Positions 38,453-50,768 of a stretch of DNA of 64,000 nt are shown here, in pieces. Below the pieces are notes generated by a model. It made no database searches. It was given only the letters and a program-made list of their open reading frames with translations, and had not been told where the DNA came from. This DNA is from Antedon mediterranea (Eukaryota; Animalia; Echinodermata): assembly GCF_964355755.1 (NCBI RefSeq), contig NC_092671.1, positions 27,416,070 through 27,480,069 of the forward strand. The letters run 5' to 3'. Numbering within the stretch: the stretch's first letter is position 1; each line of letters starts with the position of its first letter. A program made the position numbers and the translations under genes.

Positions 38453-39342
38453 CATCCAGGATTTGGGGAAGGGGGGTGGGCAACTGTAGTGAGTCAACAC
38501 CATCTCAGCCTCTCGGATTTAGTCTTTTAGCAAATAGGGGGTTAATTGACACTCCTAAATGGTGGAAATGGTACTCTAGCACGTAATATTCATGATAAAT
38601 TGGCATCTATAGTTTGCCGGAAATGTCAATCCCATAGCATGTTAACAATTGGCAAATTGATCGTCTACTTTTTCCGACAGACGCGACTAGGGATAACATT
38701 GTTTGTGTTAAATGCGAACATCAGGGGGATGAAGGTACTTCCCTTACAGTAATAACTACTTTGGAACATTTCAAAAAGTGACTTCAAAGTCATCATTGTT
38801 GGCCTAATTATGTTAAATAATATACATATTGAAAGAGCGTGCTTTAAGGCTTTAGGCCTATGCCTATATCTTTTTTTTTAATGTTATATCTATTTTTTTT
38901 TTTAAAGGTCAAAAGGAAAATTATTAAAAAATGACAATGCTGTGGTATCAGTGGCTGAATTTTATTATCTTAACATGTGATAACAGTGGCGTAAATTTAA
39001 AGATGTATTGTCCCTTGAAACACAACAAAATAAAGGTCAAAATATTCTAAATATAAATTGGCCATATCAAAGTAATATTAAAGTTATTCACCTTAAGTCG
39101 AAAATTCTAGCCAAAAACAACAATTTTACGTAATTAACAGCTAAATTAATTTGATTACATTTCGTCTGGATAATCGTCTTGAGCGAAAGTAAACAAAGAT
39201 TTCAAACCATCAGTAAACGGGGGATGTAGTGATCCCTCTATTGTATGACCTATGATAATGAACGAGTCACTCAATAAAGTACCAGTACGAAGTGAAGACG
39301 TGTCTATCTTGTGTGTCTGTATGTGTGAGTCAATATAGAGAA

Positions 39343-39994
39343 ACGCCCTCTATTAATGAGGTATGTTGATTTATCAGATGTTGTTATTACAGAAAAAAAC
39401 ACACTTTTATACAAATATTTATTTATGCAAGTTAAATTAATTAGGGTTTTTTTTTTATTATTATTATTGTACAGGTATATCTAAACATTTTTCATTGTTA
39501 AACTTGGTCTATATAGGCTACTATAATTGTATTCTTAATTAATGGGTGTATGTCCTAGGCCTGAAATTGTATACTGTAGATTTTGTTCTTAAATTCATTG
39601 ATAATAGTACATTCTTTAATTTTGATACATGTTTTTACAGTCTATGATATTGTTGAAATTTACCGTAATAATAATTTTATCCAAATATTATTAGGGAAAT
39701 AAGTAATGTAAACTGAAATATTTTGTAAACTATAACTAGGCCTATCTACCTGGCGATGTTCACTCAGAACCCGGGCCGTAACCTGTAAAGCCACTGTCAT
39801 CGAGAAAAATGGTGTATATTCTCGTGGAATAAATCATCACATTTGCGGTATGGTACCAGGTACGTCAAAGTTTTTAAAACACCTTCGGCTCATTGACAAA
39901 AATTTACAAATGTTTTTATGCAATACAATGTATGTATTTTTTTATAGGACGTGGAAAAGTAGCTGAAATTCGACGCGACATAAAACGGAAAGCT
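39343..39994 (+). repeat. Chimeric dispersed copy: partial satellite monomer joined to a MULE transposase exon2-intron2-exon3 fragment
   Basis: 39343-39747 matches the 47.6-62.2 kb satellite; 39746-39994 matches ~45397-45645. Confidence 0.9.
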
Positions 39995-40461
39995 AAGCTC
40001 TGGAGAGTTATCTCACAAGAGTTAAAAAGAAAATGTACAGTCTCTAGTTTTAAATACAACTACAAAAAGCTTTTAGTCTCTGAATATAATAAATAATTTA
40101 TTAGTACTTAAATACTACGTATTTATTATTATTATTAACTTATTATTACTTGTGCAAATGCTAAAGTTTAAAACACTTATGATTCATTTTAATAACTTAT
40201 ACTCTGTTTTTCTTATTTATTTACTTTTTAAATTTTTTATTTTACTTATGTATTCTTACTTCTTATTTTATATTCTTACTATGTATTAATTACTCGTTAT
40301 ACTTGATAATGTTATTGTATCTTTTCTGGTGGGTAAGCCTTAAAGTTCTTTGAACTTATTTGCCCACCAGCCACACATCTTTCTATATATATATATGTTT
40401 ATTGTTACTTAATTATCATATTCATTTTGTGTGGAAAATCAATAAAAACAAACAAACAAAC
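39995..40461 (+). mobile_element. LINE 3' end with stem-loop and (AAAC)n tail
   Basis: KLW..ISQELK....VSSFK, IR ctggtggg / cccaccag, AATAAA plus (AAAC)n abutting the copia integrase. Confidence 0.7.
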
Positions 40462-42723
40462 ATTCAGATCCAAATACTCCCATGTTAGACAAATTGGGTT
40501 TTCGACCCGTCATCATAAAATATGGAGTTTGTTGCACACGATTGTTAAAACATCGATTACGTATATATGCCGCAGCTAAGATTGCATATGGCCAAAAATC
40601 TTTGCCTAAATTTGACTGTGCAATCAAACATCTACCCATCTCAAATAATGTTCGCCAGTTTCGTTCGGCAGTCCCATTTTGGTGAGGGGAGTAGGGTGCA
40701 GAAGTATCGTGTCTTATACGATTCTTTGTAAGGAGTGAGTTAAACTCCTTTGAAGTGAACTCAGAACCGTTGTCTGATCTAATACACTTTACATTTCCCA
40801 GTGGGGAAGAGTCTGCCAGAAATCTTTCTGTGGCAGATAGTGTCGCTTTTATTTTTCAAGAAGTATACAAACACAGCTCCTGAATAATCATCTGTGAATG
40901 ATATGGCATACTTAAATCCCTCTCTGGAGACTGGGTTAATTGGTCCAGCCAAATCGGTGTGGACCAATTCTAAGAGTTTGGTTGCACGGACATCAGGCTT
41001 TCTATTTCTACTTTGCGTCATTTTACTAGTGCATATATCACAAATTTTGGGTTTATCACATCTTCCCTGTATGTTCATACCATCAACTACATTAGGTAGT
41101 TTCAATATATCATCATAATTACAGTGCCCTAAAACATTGTGCCAACTTTGTAGGTCACAAGTCATATTAATTGAATCATCATTACAAGTATTTAAATAAT
41201 ATAATCTATTTTCCTTTACAATATTGAAAATAGAGCCATTAGGAGCCTTAAGTTGGGCTGAATATTTTTCAAAATTAATTTGTGCTCCCTTACTGGCCGC
41301 AGCCTGAACTGACAAAATATCTTGTTTATATGAGGGAACATATAAAGCATTTTCAAGAGTGACTTTGTGTCGATTGCCATTTACATCAAATATTAGAACA
41401 TTAGCATCTCCCTTACCAATGACTACCCCATTTGTTTTAGTACCATTAGCCAATTCTATGAAATGGGTATCTGGATTGAAGCTCTTATCAAGGTTTATGA
41501 ATTTTGATTTATCATTTATAATATGGGATGTTGCCCCGCAATCTACTAATAAATTACCATTACATAAATTACTATTAATACTTGCTTTGAATGCAAATTC
41601 AACTCCATCAGTTTCATCCTTTTCCAGCTGCACTGATTTTGCCGCAGTGACGTTACTTTTCTTCCTGCATAACTTGGTGTTGTGCGTTTTATTCTTGCAT
41701 ACTTTACACCACTTTCCTCGATCCTGTTTACTTCTGCATTCAAAAGATTTATGGCCTTGTTTCCCACATTTAAAACATACAATTCTTTCACTTTCTTGTG
41801 TTTTCATTACACTATCATCTTTTGTCTCTCTTTGAGCCTTCTCCGACTCTTCGAAGCTTCTCAGCGCAATTTTAAAATCGGTAAAGTTTATCTCCTTTTC
41901 TTTTTGCATTATCACGGTCGCAAATGTCCGGAATTGCTGAGGTAGTCCTTTTAGGACCATAGCCACAAGCAAATTGTCGCTAATTTGTTCTTTAGCAGTT
42001 TTTAAACTTGTAGCTGCTGTTTCTGCACGAATAACGTAGTCAGTTACACGTTCGTGTTCGTCCATTTTTAATGAGGTAAGCTCAGTATATAGTGATATAA
42101 TTCTTGGTTTACTTTTTCCCAAATAATGTTCCCGCAGGATTCCTAGAGCCTTTCTTCCATCGTTCTTTGCGTCTCTCAATATCACAGATAGACTTCTATC
42201 GTCTAGGTACTGCACAAGTTCGGCGAACGCATTACTATTTTTCGCCTCATCGGGAGCGGCTACTCCACCTTCGCTTTCCGGTACAATAATTTTACTTAAT
42301 TTTTGTATGTGCAAGTATCCTAGAAACTTTACTTTCCACAACTCGTACTTAGTTTCGTCTCCATTAAATAAAAGCCGTTTACTGGGCCCATAACCTGTTA
42401 AGGTTGTAGGATTGTGAGCCATATCGATAACAGTATTTGACGCAGATAAAAAATGTTCTATCTAGAACTATAATAACTTTATTGTAATAAACTATACAAA
42501 GTACACATCTACACAGTAGGAATAAATATGGAAGAGTGATTCACATAGAAGAATGTTATCATCTTAAGGAGTGAGCAAAGCAATGATGGATTGTTTTGTG
42601 GTCTGCGTACAGTTCTGGTATATCATCTATTTCTTAGAACATGAACTTTCACTTATCATCTATAGGTGAATGACCAGTAGGCTATTGGAAACATTTATTG
42701 TACAATGAGAGCACATTTTAACA
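40462..42723 (-). mobile_element. Copia family B: LTR (42396-42723), PBS (42382-42395), gag, protease, GAG-pre-integrase, integrase core; RT/RH missing
   Basis: 547-aa ORF with two CCHC knuckles, LLVDCGATSH, WH..LGH, LVHTDLAGP, FTDDYS. After a frameshift: RSDNGSEF, SPHQNGTAER. Confidence 0.95.
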
Positions 42724-44285
42724 GAAGTGAACGTTAAGATATGAATGTAAAGTGAACGTTAAGATATGAATGTGAAGTGAACGTTAAGATATGAATGTGA
42801 AGTGAACGTTAAGATATGAATGTGAAGTGAACGTTAACATATGCATGTGAAATGAACGTTAACATATGAATGTGAAGTGAACGTTAACATATGAATGTGA
42901 AGTGAACGTTAACATATGAATGTGAAGTGAACGTTAACATATGAATGTGAAGTGAACGTTAACATATGAATGTGAAATGAACGTTAACATATGAATGTGA
43001 AATGAACGTTAACATATGAATGTGAAATGAACGTTAACATATGAATGTGAAATGAACGTTAAGATATGAATGTGAAGTGAACGTTAACATATGAATGTGA
43101 AGTGAACGTTAACATATGAATGTGAAGTGAACGTTAAGATATGAATGTGAAGTGAACGTTAACATATGAATGTGAAGTGAACGTTAACATATGTATGTGA
43201 AGTGAACGTTAACATATGTATGTGAAGTGAACGTTAACATATGAATGTGAAGTGAACGTTAACATATGAATGTGAAGTGAACGTTAACATATGAATGTGA
43301 AGTGAACGTTAACATATGTATGTGAAGTGAACGTTAACATATGAATGTGAAGTGAACGTTAACATATGAATGTGAAGTGAACGTTAACATATGTATGTGA
43401 AGTGATCGTTAACATATGAATGTGAAATGAACGTTAACATATGAATGTGAAATGAACGTTAACATATGAATGTGAAGTGAACGTTAACATATGTATGTGA
43501 AGTGAACGTTAACATATGAATGTGAAGTGAACGTTAAGATATGAATGTGAAGTGAACGTTAAGATATGAATGTGAAGTGAACGTTAACATATGAATGTGA
43601 AGTGAACGTTAACATATGAATGTGAAATGAACGTTAACATATGAATGTGAAATGAACGTTAACATATGAATGTGAAGTGAACGTTAACATATGTATGTGA
43701 AGTGAACGTTAACATATGAATGTGAAGTGAACGTTAAGATATGAATGTGAAGTGAACATTAACATATGAATGTGAAGTGAACGTTAAGATATGAATGTGA
43801 AGTGAACGTTAACATATGTATGTGAAGTGAACGTTAAGATATGAATGTGAAGTGAACGTTAACATATGTATGTGAAATGAACGTTAACATATGAATGTGA
43901 AGTGAACGTTAACATATGAATGTGAAGTGAGCGTTAAGATATGAATGTGAAGTGAACGTTAAGATATGAATGTGAAGTGAACGTTAACATATGAATGTGA
44001 AGTGAACGTTAACATATGAATGTGAAATGAACGTTAACATATGAATGTGAAGTGAACGTTAACATATGAATGTGAAGTGAATGTTAAGATATGAATGTGA
44101 AGTGAACGTTAACATATGAATGTGAAGTGAACGTTAAGATATGAATGTGAAATGAACGTTAAGATATGAATATTTTAAGATATAAATGTGAAATGAACGT
44201 TAAAGTATAAACACGTTAAGACAAGAACGTGAAATGAATTTGTTAACATATGAATGTGAAATGAATATGTTAAGATATGAATACA
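42724..44285. repeat. 25-bp minisatellite GAAGTGAACGTTAACATATGAATGT, roughly 58 regular copies then degenerate
   Basis: Strict 25-bp period with a few recurring variant positions; decays after ~44170. Confidence 0.98.
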
Positions 44286-44865
44286 AAAAAAAATTATTAA
44301 TAGAGCGGACTAAAAAATTATGAATTCATCGGCGGCCCAGCAGCCGATCCGATGGAAAGTACAATAATCTTGAATAGATAAATAAAGTAAAGAATTTGTA
44401 ATTAAAAAGCATAAGGTTAAGTGATGATTAAAAGTCATTTTTAAAACTGTAATTGTATTGTTATATCAACTTGAATTTGTAATTAAATTTATTTGAAACA
44501 AGTGATTTGACGATTTTGCGTTTATTCTTGTGTTGGAAAAGTTTAAAGGAATTACGGTATTAGGTTTTAACTGTTTAATGCGGGGGTCGTTGCCGCTTTT
44601 TTAACACCTTGCATTGATTACATTTTCTTTAGAAATCGGTATTTCTGTTATTGCGCTTTCGCGCATCCGACCCGCTTTCTAGCGCTCGCACATTATATTA
44701 CAAAGGAAATCATTCATGTACTACACTGTTTAATGTAGAAACTGACGCCGAATTTTTATTTGAAATGCAACAATGAACTTGAAAAGCACGCACGTTCTTT
44801 CTTGCACATTCTATATAAGGAGAGAAAAATATTAGTAAGACATCATTTTTCTAATATCTATCAAA

Positions 44866-47052
44866 ATGTACGAATGCATCGAATGTCAACTACCCGTTCT
44901 ACAATATCAAGAAGGTCTTTTTTGTGAGGAGTGTGCAAGATGGCAGCATCGAGCATGTAATTCAGGAGTGACGCGTGCGGAGTATGAGCTAGGTGTGAGA
45001 GATGGATTCATCGACTGGACGTTTAACCAATGTGTGGCAGGATCAGAAGACGACGACGATCAACCAGATCAGCTGGAAGTATATGCCGCCGACTTGGGAA
45101 ACTTCGAAGAACCAGTGGTACGTCGAGAGCCGAAGATGGAAGATCCTTATCCGCAACCAAACTCGCCGATAAATGAGGATCAAGAGAGAGAGGAGGTAAC
45201 ATACACTGTACTCGAAGGAACGTCTGCCAGTGGGAAAGTAAGTCGATAACTTTTATAACTTTTTAAATTATAATTTAACAATTACATAAATGTTTCATAC
45301 AAAGTTAACACCATGCTTTTTTTGTTTTACAGGACACATTAATGGACAGTCTTGGTTTCCAGTAAACCCAAAAGATTGATAAACGACGAGCAAACACTAC
45401 CTGGCGATGTTCACTCAGAACCCGGGCCGTAACCTGTAAAGCCACTGTCATCGAGAAAAATGGTGTATATTCTCGTGGAATAAATCATCACATTTGCGGT
45501 ATGGTACCAGGTACGTCAAAGTTTTTAAAACACCTTTGGCTCATTGACAAACATTTACAAATGTTTTTATGCAATACAATGTATGTATTTTTTTATAGGA
45601 CGTGGAAAAGTAGCTGAAATTCGACGCGACATAAAACGGAAAGCTGGAGAGCGACCATTCGATTCAGCAGCACAGATCACCGAAAGACTCATCCGGGAAG
45701 ACATTGGTGTGGGACAGATAGCATTGCATCCGACCTTGCTACGACCTGCCAACCTTGCTCGTCAAGCAAACCCCAAGAGAAAGTTATCAAGGCCAAGACA
45801 CCCCGAGGACTTGGAGTTTGAACTCAACCGTCAACACATCGCACCACATTTTGTTAGAGATGACATAGTTGTAAATGGAGGACGGCATATTCTACTTGCT
45901 ACAGATGCGATGATTCAAATGTTATCAAGATCCAGAGTTTGGTAATTATTTTTCTTTATCTTTACTTTTTACTAGAAAATAATATTTCTGATTTTATTAA
46001 CATATAACTGTTTTTAATTGACAATTTTCTTTTCTTCAACATGTATCTTGATGGTACATTCAAGTTAGTCAAGCGGCACTTCTACCAACTCTTCAGCGTG
46101 CATAGTTTTATTCGCTCCAGTACCTCAACGAAGCAAGTTCCGCTGATGTTTGTAGTGATGTCCGGAAAACGAAGTGACGACTACACGGCTGTTCTCCGAT
46201 CCATCATTGGGATGTTGCCTGCTGTCAACGTGGTACGGATTGTAACAGATTATAAAGCATGAATTTGGAAGTCAGTACGTGATGTCTTTCCAGACGTTGA
46301 AGTATGTGGATGCCTATTTCACTTTACACAGGTAAGCTTGTAGTCCACTCAATCATGCTTAGTTATCATTTTAATGTTCTGTATTTGTCTTTAATTGTTA
46401 AATTTGTATTGTTCTTTCAGGCAGTCTTCAGGAAAGTCCAGGAATATGGATTGCAGCGGACCTACATGCGTGACGTTGGTACCCGGACCTTCATTCGACA
46501 ATTGATGACTTTGCCAGTTCTACCTGTGGAACATGTCAATGCAGTTTTCCGGCGACTACAACGGACTGCTACCGTGGAGATGGTTGAGTATATGCGCTCG
46601 TACTGGATAGACGGCGACGTCTTTAACCCAATAAACTGGGTCGTATTCTGGCAAGAAACACGCACCAACAACGACTTGGAAGGCTATCACAATCGTCTAA
46701 AACACAAGAGCCAAACGATGTAAGAATTAAAAGCTTTTAACTTTGTTCACAATGTTTAATAAACAAAAGTGTGTATGTATTAATATATGTTGTACAATCG
46801 TGGAATTAACTTTATTATAATTATTGTTTTTCAGCCAACCTGCACTTCTATCTTCTTTGCAAGCTACTTTTCGAAGAAAGCCAAACAGTGTCCATCCAGG
46901 CCGAACTTGTTTTCCGTGAATACATCATCCGAACTCAGTCAAGACACACAGTAATCGCCAACGAACGCCTCAACACTTTCTGGGATGAATATTCACGGGG
47001 TGTACGATCAGCCAAGTCCCTCTTAATGAGTCGTAATGCTCGTGCAAATTAA
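44866..47052 (+). pseudogene. Six-exon PHD + FLYWCH + MULE (Mutator) DDE transposase pseudogene
   Basis: Predicted exons 44866-45237, 45333-45510, 45599-45941, 46043-46331, 46421-46719, 46835-47052. Motifs CIEC...CEECARWQHRAC, WRC...CKAT, WYLDGTFK, VTDY, GCLFHFTQ, RTNNDLEGYHNRL. Stops at ~45363 and 46260; intron 3 acceptor is AT instead of AG. Confidence 0.88.
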
Positions 47053-47780
47053 TCAGTTGTATAATTATTGAAATAATATAATTAATTGTATCTATATTGT
47101 ATTTCATGTGATTTTTAATGATATTTTTAAATTAATGATCCATAAATGTACTTAAGTTTATTTTTTAGTTGAATAAATTAATTTAATATTTACGTGAAAT
47201 TGTGAACATCATAGCCCCGGCCTGCAGTACTTAGTTTGTTTTAAATTAGCTATATAAATGGTAATCCATATGAATGATACATTTATTTATTTGTTTCTTA
47301 CAATTGAATTTTGTGTTAATAAATGTGTAACAGTTGTTTGAAAACAAATCCTGATGTGCTCTATTTTCTTATCTTATTATTTATCATCTGGTTCAAATTT
47401 GAAAAAAAAAATGTAAGACATAAAGTAATGGTTACACTATTCATTCATACATCCATTTCTGTAAGAGAACATCAATAAATTTACATTATTATCTGGTTCA
47501 ACTTAACTATATTGCTATCAATCATGTTTTACAATTCGTACTGCACCAAAGCAATACACCCACATTATACACAATGACGCTTTGGCGTTTCATACAAATG
47601 CATTGTTATGGATTGGCGGCCGCTTTGGTCATAATCCGAATGGGGCAGGCTAATTACTGAAAACCACTGAAAACAACCAAAAGCAAAAGAAAACAAAATA
47701 TAAACTAAATAAATACAAAAAAAAACAATGTTTATAATTTTTATTTTAGCAATGTCGCCCTCTATTTAATGAGGTATGTT

Positions 47781-48107
47781 TATTTATTTATCTATTTATT
47801 TATTCTGCAGACACTTTCAGTACTAGTGCACTGATTTCCAAAGTGGTACAGTAATTGAAAATATACCAAACATAATAATATAAAGACAAAGAATAATTGA
47901 AATATACATTAAAAATAGCAATAAATTTTAGAAAACAAAAAATTCAGTTAAAAATGTTGAGTACTAATTGTATTTTGGAATGAAGTTATTGAAAAATCTT
48001 TCAAGTTAATTTTTAATTCATTGGGAAGTTTATTCCAGCTTTTAGATGAACGATAAGTAAAGGTTTTTTTGCCTTGACAAATGTTCCAGGTGGGGACAAC
48101 TAAATTT
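47781..48107 (-). mobile_element. 5'-truncated LINE 3' end inserted in the first satellite unit
   Basis: Splits ggtatgtt|gatttatcag. Minus strand reads TFTYRSSKSWNKLPNELK; (TAAA)n tail. Confidence 0.75.
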
Positions 48108-49536
48108 TGATTTATCAGATGTTGTTATTACAGAAAAAAACTCGCACTTTATTAATACAAATATTTATTTATGCAAGTTAAATTAATTAGCGGGTTTTTT
48201 TTTTTTCAAAATTATTATTGTACAGGTCCTGAACTTTTATTATTATATGTATATCTAAACATTTGTCATTGTTAAACTTGGTCTATATAGGCTACTATAA
48301 TTGTATTCTTAATTAATGGGTGTATGTCCTAGGCCTGAAATTGTATACTGTAGATTTTGTTCTTAAATTCATTGATAATAGTACATTCTTTAATTTTGAT
48401 ACATGTTTTTACAGTCTATGATATTGTTGAAATTTACCGTAATAATAATTTTATCCAAATATTATTAAGGAACTAAGTAATTTAAACTGAAATATTTTGT
48501 AAACTAACTAGGCCTAGGCCTATCTTGTTAATGTTTCCTTCAGCAGGCCAAGTAGAATGGGGCAGGCTAATTACTGAAAACCACTGAAGGCTAACAGAAA
48601 ATAAACTGAAAACAACCAAAAGCAGCTGAAAACAACCGAAAACCAAACGAAAACAAAATATAAACTAAATAAATACCAAAAAAAACAATGTTTATAATTT
48701 TTATTTTAGCAATGTCGCCCTCTATTAATGAGGTATGTTGGTTTATCAGATGTTGTTATTACAGAAAAAACTCGCACTTTATTAATACAAATATTTATTT
48801 ATGCAAGTTAAATTAATTAGCGGGGTTTTTTTTTCAAATTTATCTTTGTACAGGTCCTGAACTTTTATTATTATATGTATATCTAAACACTTTTCATTGT
48901 TAAACTTGGCCTATATAGGCTACTGTAATTGTCTTCTTTATGGGTGTATGGCCTAGGTCTGAAATTGTATACTGTAGATTTTGTTCTTAAATTCATTGAT
49001 AATAGTTCATTCTTTAATTTTTATACATGTTTTTACAGTCTATGATATTGTTGAAACTTACCGTGATAATAATTTTACCCAAATAATTTGAAGCTAGTAA
49101 GTAATTTAAACTTAAATATTGTTTTTTTTAGCTAGCCTAAAAAGTTATACATGTTTCATTCAGTAGGCCTAAGTAGAATGGGAAAAGCTAAGTTACTGAA
49201 AAAAACAACAACCTAAAATTACTGAAAGTAATGTAAAAAAATACTAAAAACAACAACAATTTGATTATTATGTGTATATCTAAAGATTTTAAACTTGTCC
49301 TATATAGGCTACTGTAATTGTCTTCTTAATGGGTGTATGGTGCGCCTAGGCCTGAAATTATATACTGTAGATTTTGTTCTTAAATTCATTGATAATAGTA
49401 CATTCTTTAATTTTGATACATGTTTTTACAGTCTATGATATTGTTGAAATTTACCGTAATAATAATTTTATCCAAATATTATTAGGGAAATAAGTAATTT
49501 AAACTGAAATATTTTGTAAACTAACTAGGCCTAGGC

Positions 49537-50768
49537 GGGTGTCACGAAACCTAAGACCACGAAAGCGAAGACCCCCTAAGACCTAAGATCATGAAAGCTA
49601 AGACCCAAGACCTAAGATTACAAATATTTATCTTTCGCACCTGCCTTGTATTTTAACTCCCAACATTTATTCTGAATACCACACCTTAGAATTGGCACTT
49701 TCATGAAAAAGAATCACATAAAAAGTAACAAATACATTTTTAAATTGATGATTTTACAGACGTTTTTCTCGCACACAAAATGACTAGCCTACAGTACAGT
49801 AGGCCTACCCCATGGGCCATGTTCAATGTTTTTGTTTCTATGGAACGTAAAAAGAGCAAAAATTATATAGAGGGCTGAAAACTCTGTGGAGTCCATCTAC
49901 AGTGTGGATGGAACAATGTAAAATTAAAATTGTAATGATAATAGTATAATCATGCAAGTACGAAGAAATAAAATACTGGCAAATAAATTTTAATTTAAAA
50001 ATCATGATAAGTTTTTTTTGTTTCGTTTTCTTTCTGTTTTTATACTTGTACTATTATTGTTGCTCTTTTGGCGCTCCATAGAAACAAAAACATTGAGCAT
50101 GGGGAGCTCGAGGAGTTACATTACAGTATACAAAGAAACACATCTGTAAAATCATCAATTTAAAGGATTTATTTATTTGTTATTATGTGTTTCTCCTTCT
50201 GAAAGTACTTATAAGTCCTAATTTTAAAGTGTGGTGTTCAGGATAAAGTTAGTCAACAAATTTGGAGTCAAAATACAAGAAAGGCAGGTGCGTAAGAAAA
50301 ACATCCTCTGAACCAACACAATGGAGTAAATATATACCAACAAACAACCCGTCAAGTTTGTTTGTTGTAAAGAAAGTATACTTAGGCATACGGGAGTCAC
50401 GACTTAAAGTTCAGTGAACTTACTGTGACTTCCATCCACCCACATTTAATATATGTTATGTAAATGTAAATGATATATATATATATATAAGTGAGTGGAA
50501 AAAATAAATAAACGAAACGAAGAAAAAATATACATTTACTCAACGGGCGAAAATAATGTGAGTTTATCTATGTTTTGCGGTAGTATTAAATTATATTTAT
50601 GGTAATAAATGAAACCTACTGTGTTTAAAATTATGTATGGATAAACAAGTATTGTTTTTAAGCTGTAGTATATCTTAGTATTTGTAATCTTAGGTGTTGG
50701 GTCTTAGCTTTCGTGATCTTAGGTCTTAGGGGGTCGGAGCTTTCGTGATCTTAGGTTTCGTGACACCC
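49537..50768. mobile_element. Foldback/Mutator-like MITE inserted in the satellite
   Basis: ~90-bp TIRs gggtgtcacgaaacctaag / cttaggtttcgtgacaccc. TSD aggcctaggc (49527-49536, 50769-50778). Second internal IR ~49635-49860 versus ~50070-50292. Confidence 0.9.

Noticed and set aside
42724-44285. 25-bp array as a CRISPR array
   Set aside because: Units are contiguous with no unique spacers, there are no cas genes, and the context is eukaryotic with spliceosomal introns.
44866-47052. Domesticated host gene
   Set aside because: It has in-frame stops, a broken splice acceptor and a second partial copy nearby; best read as a transposon pseudogene.
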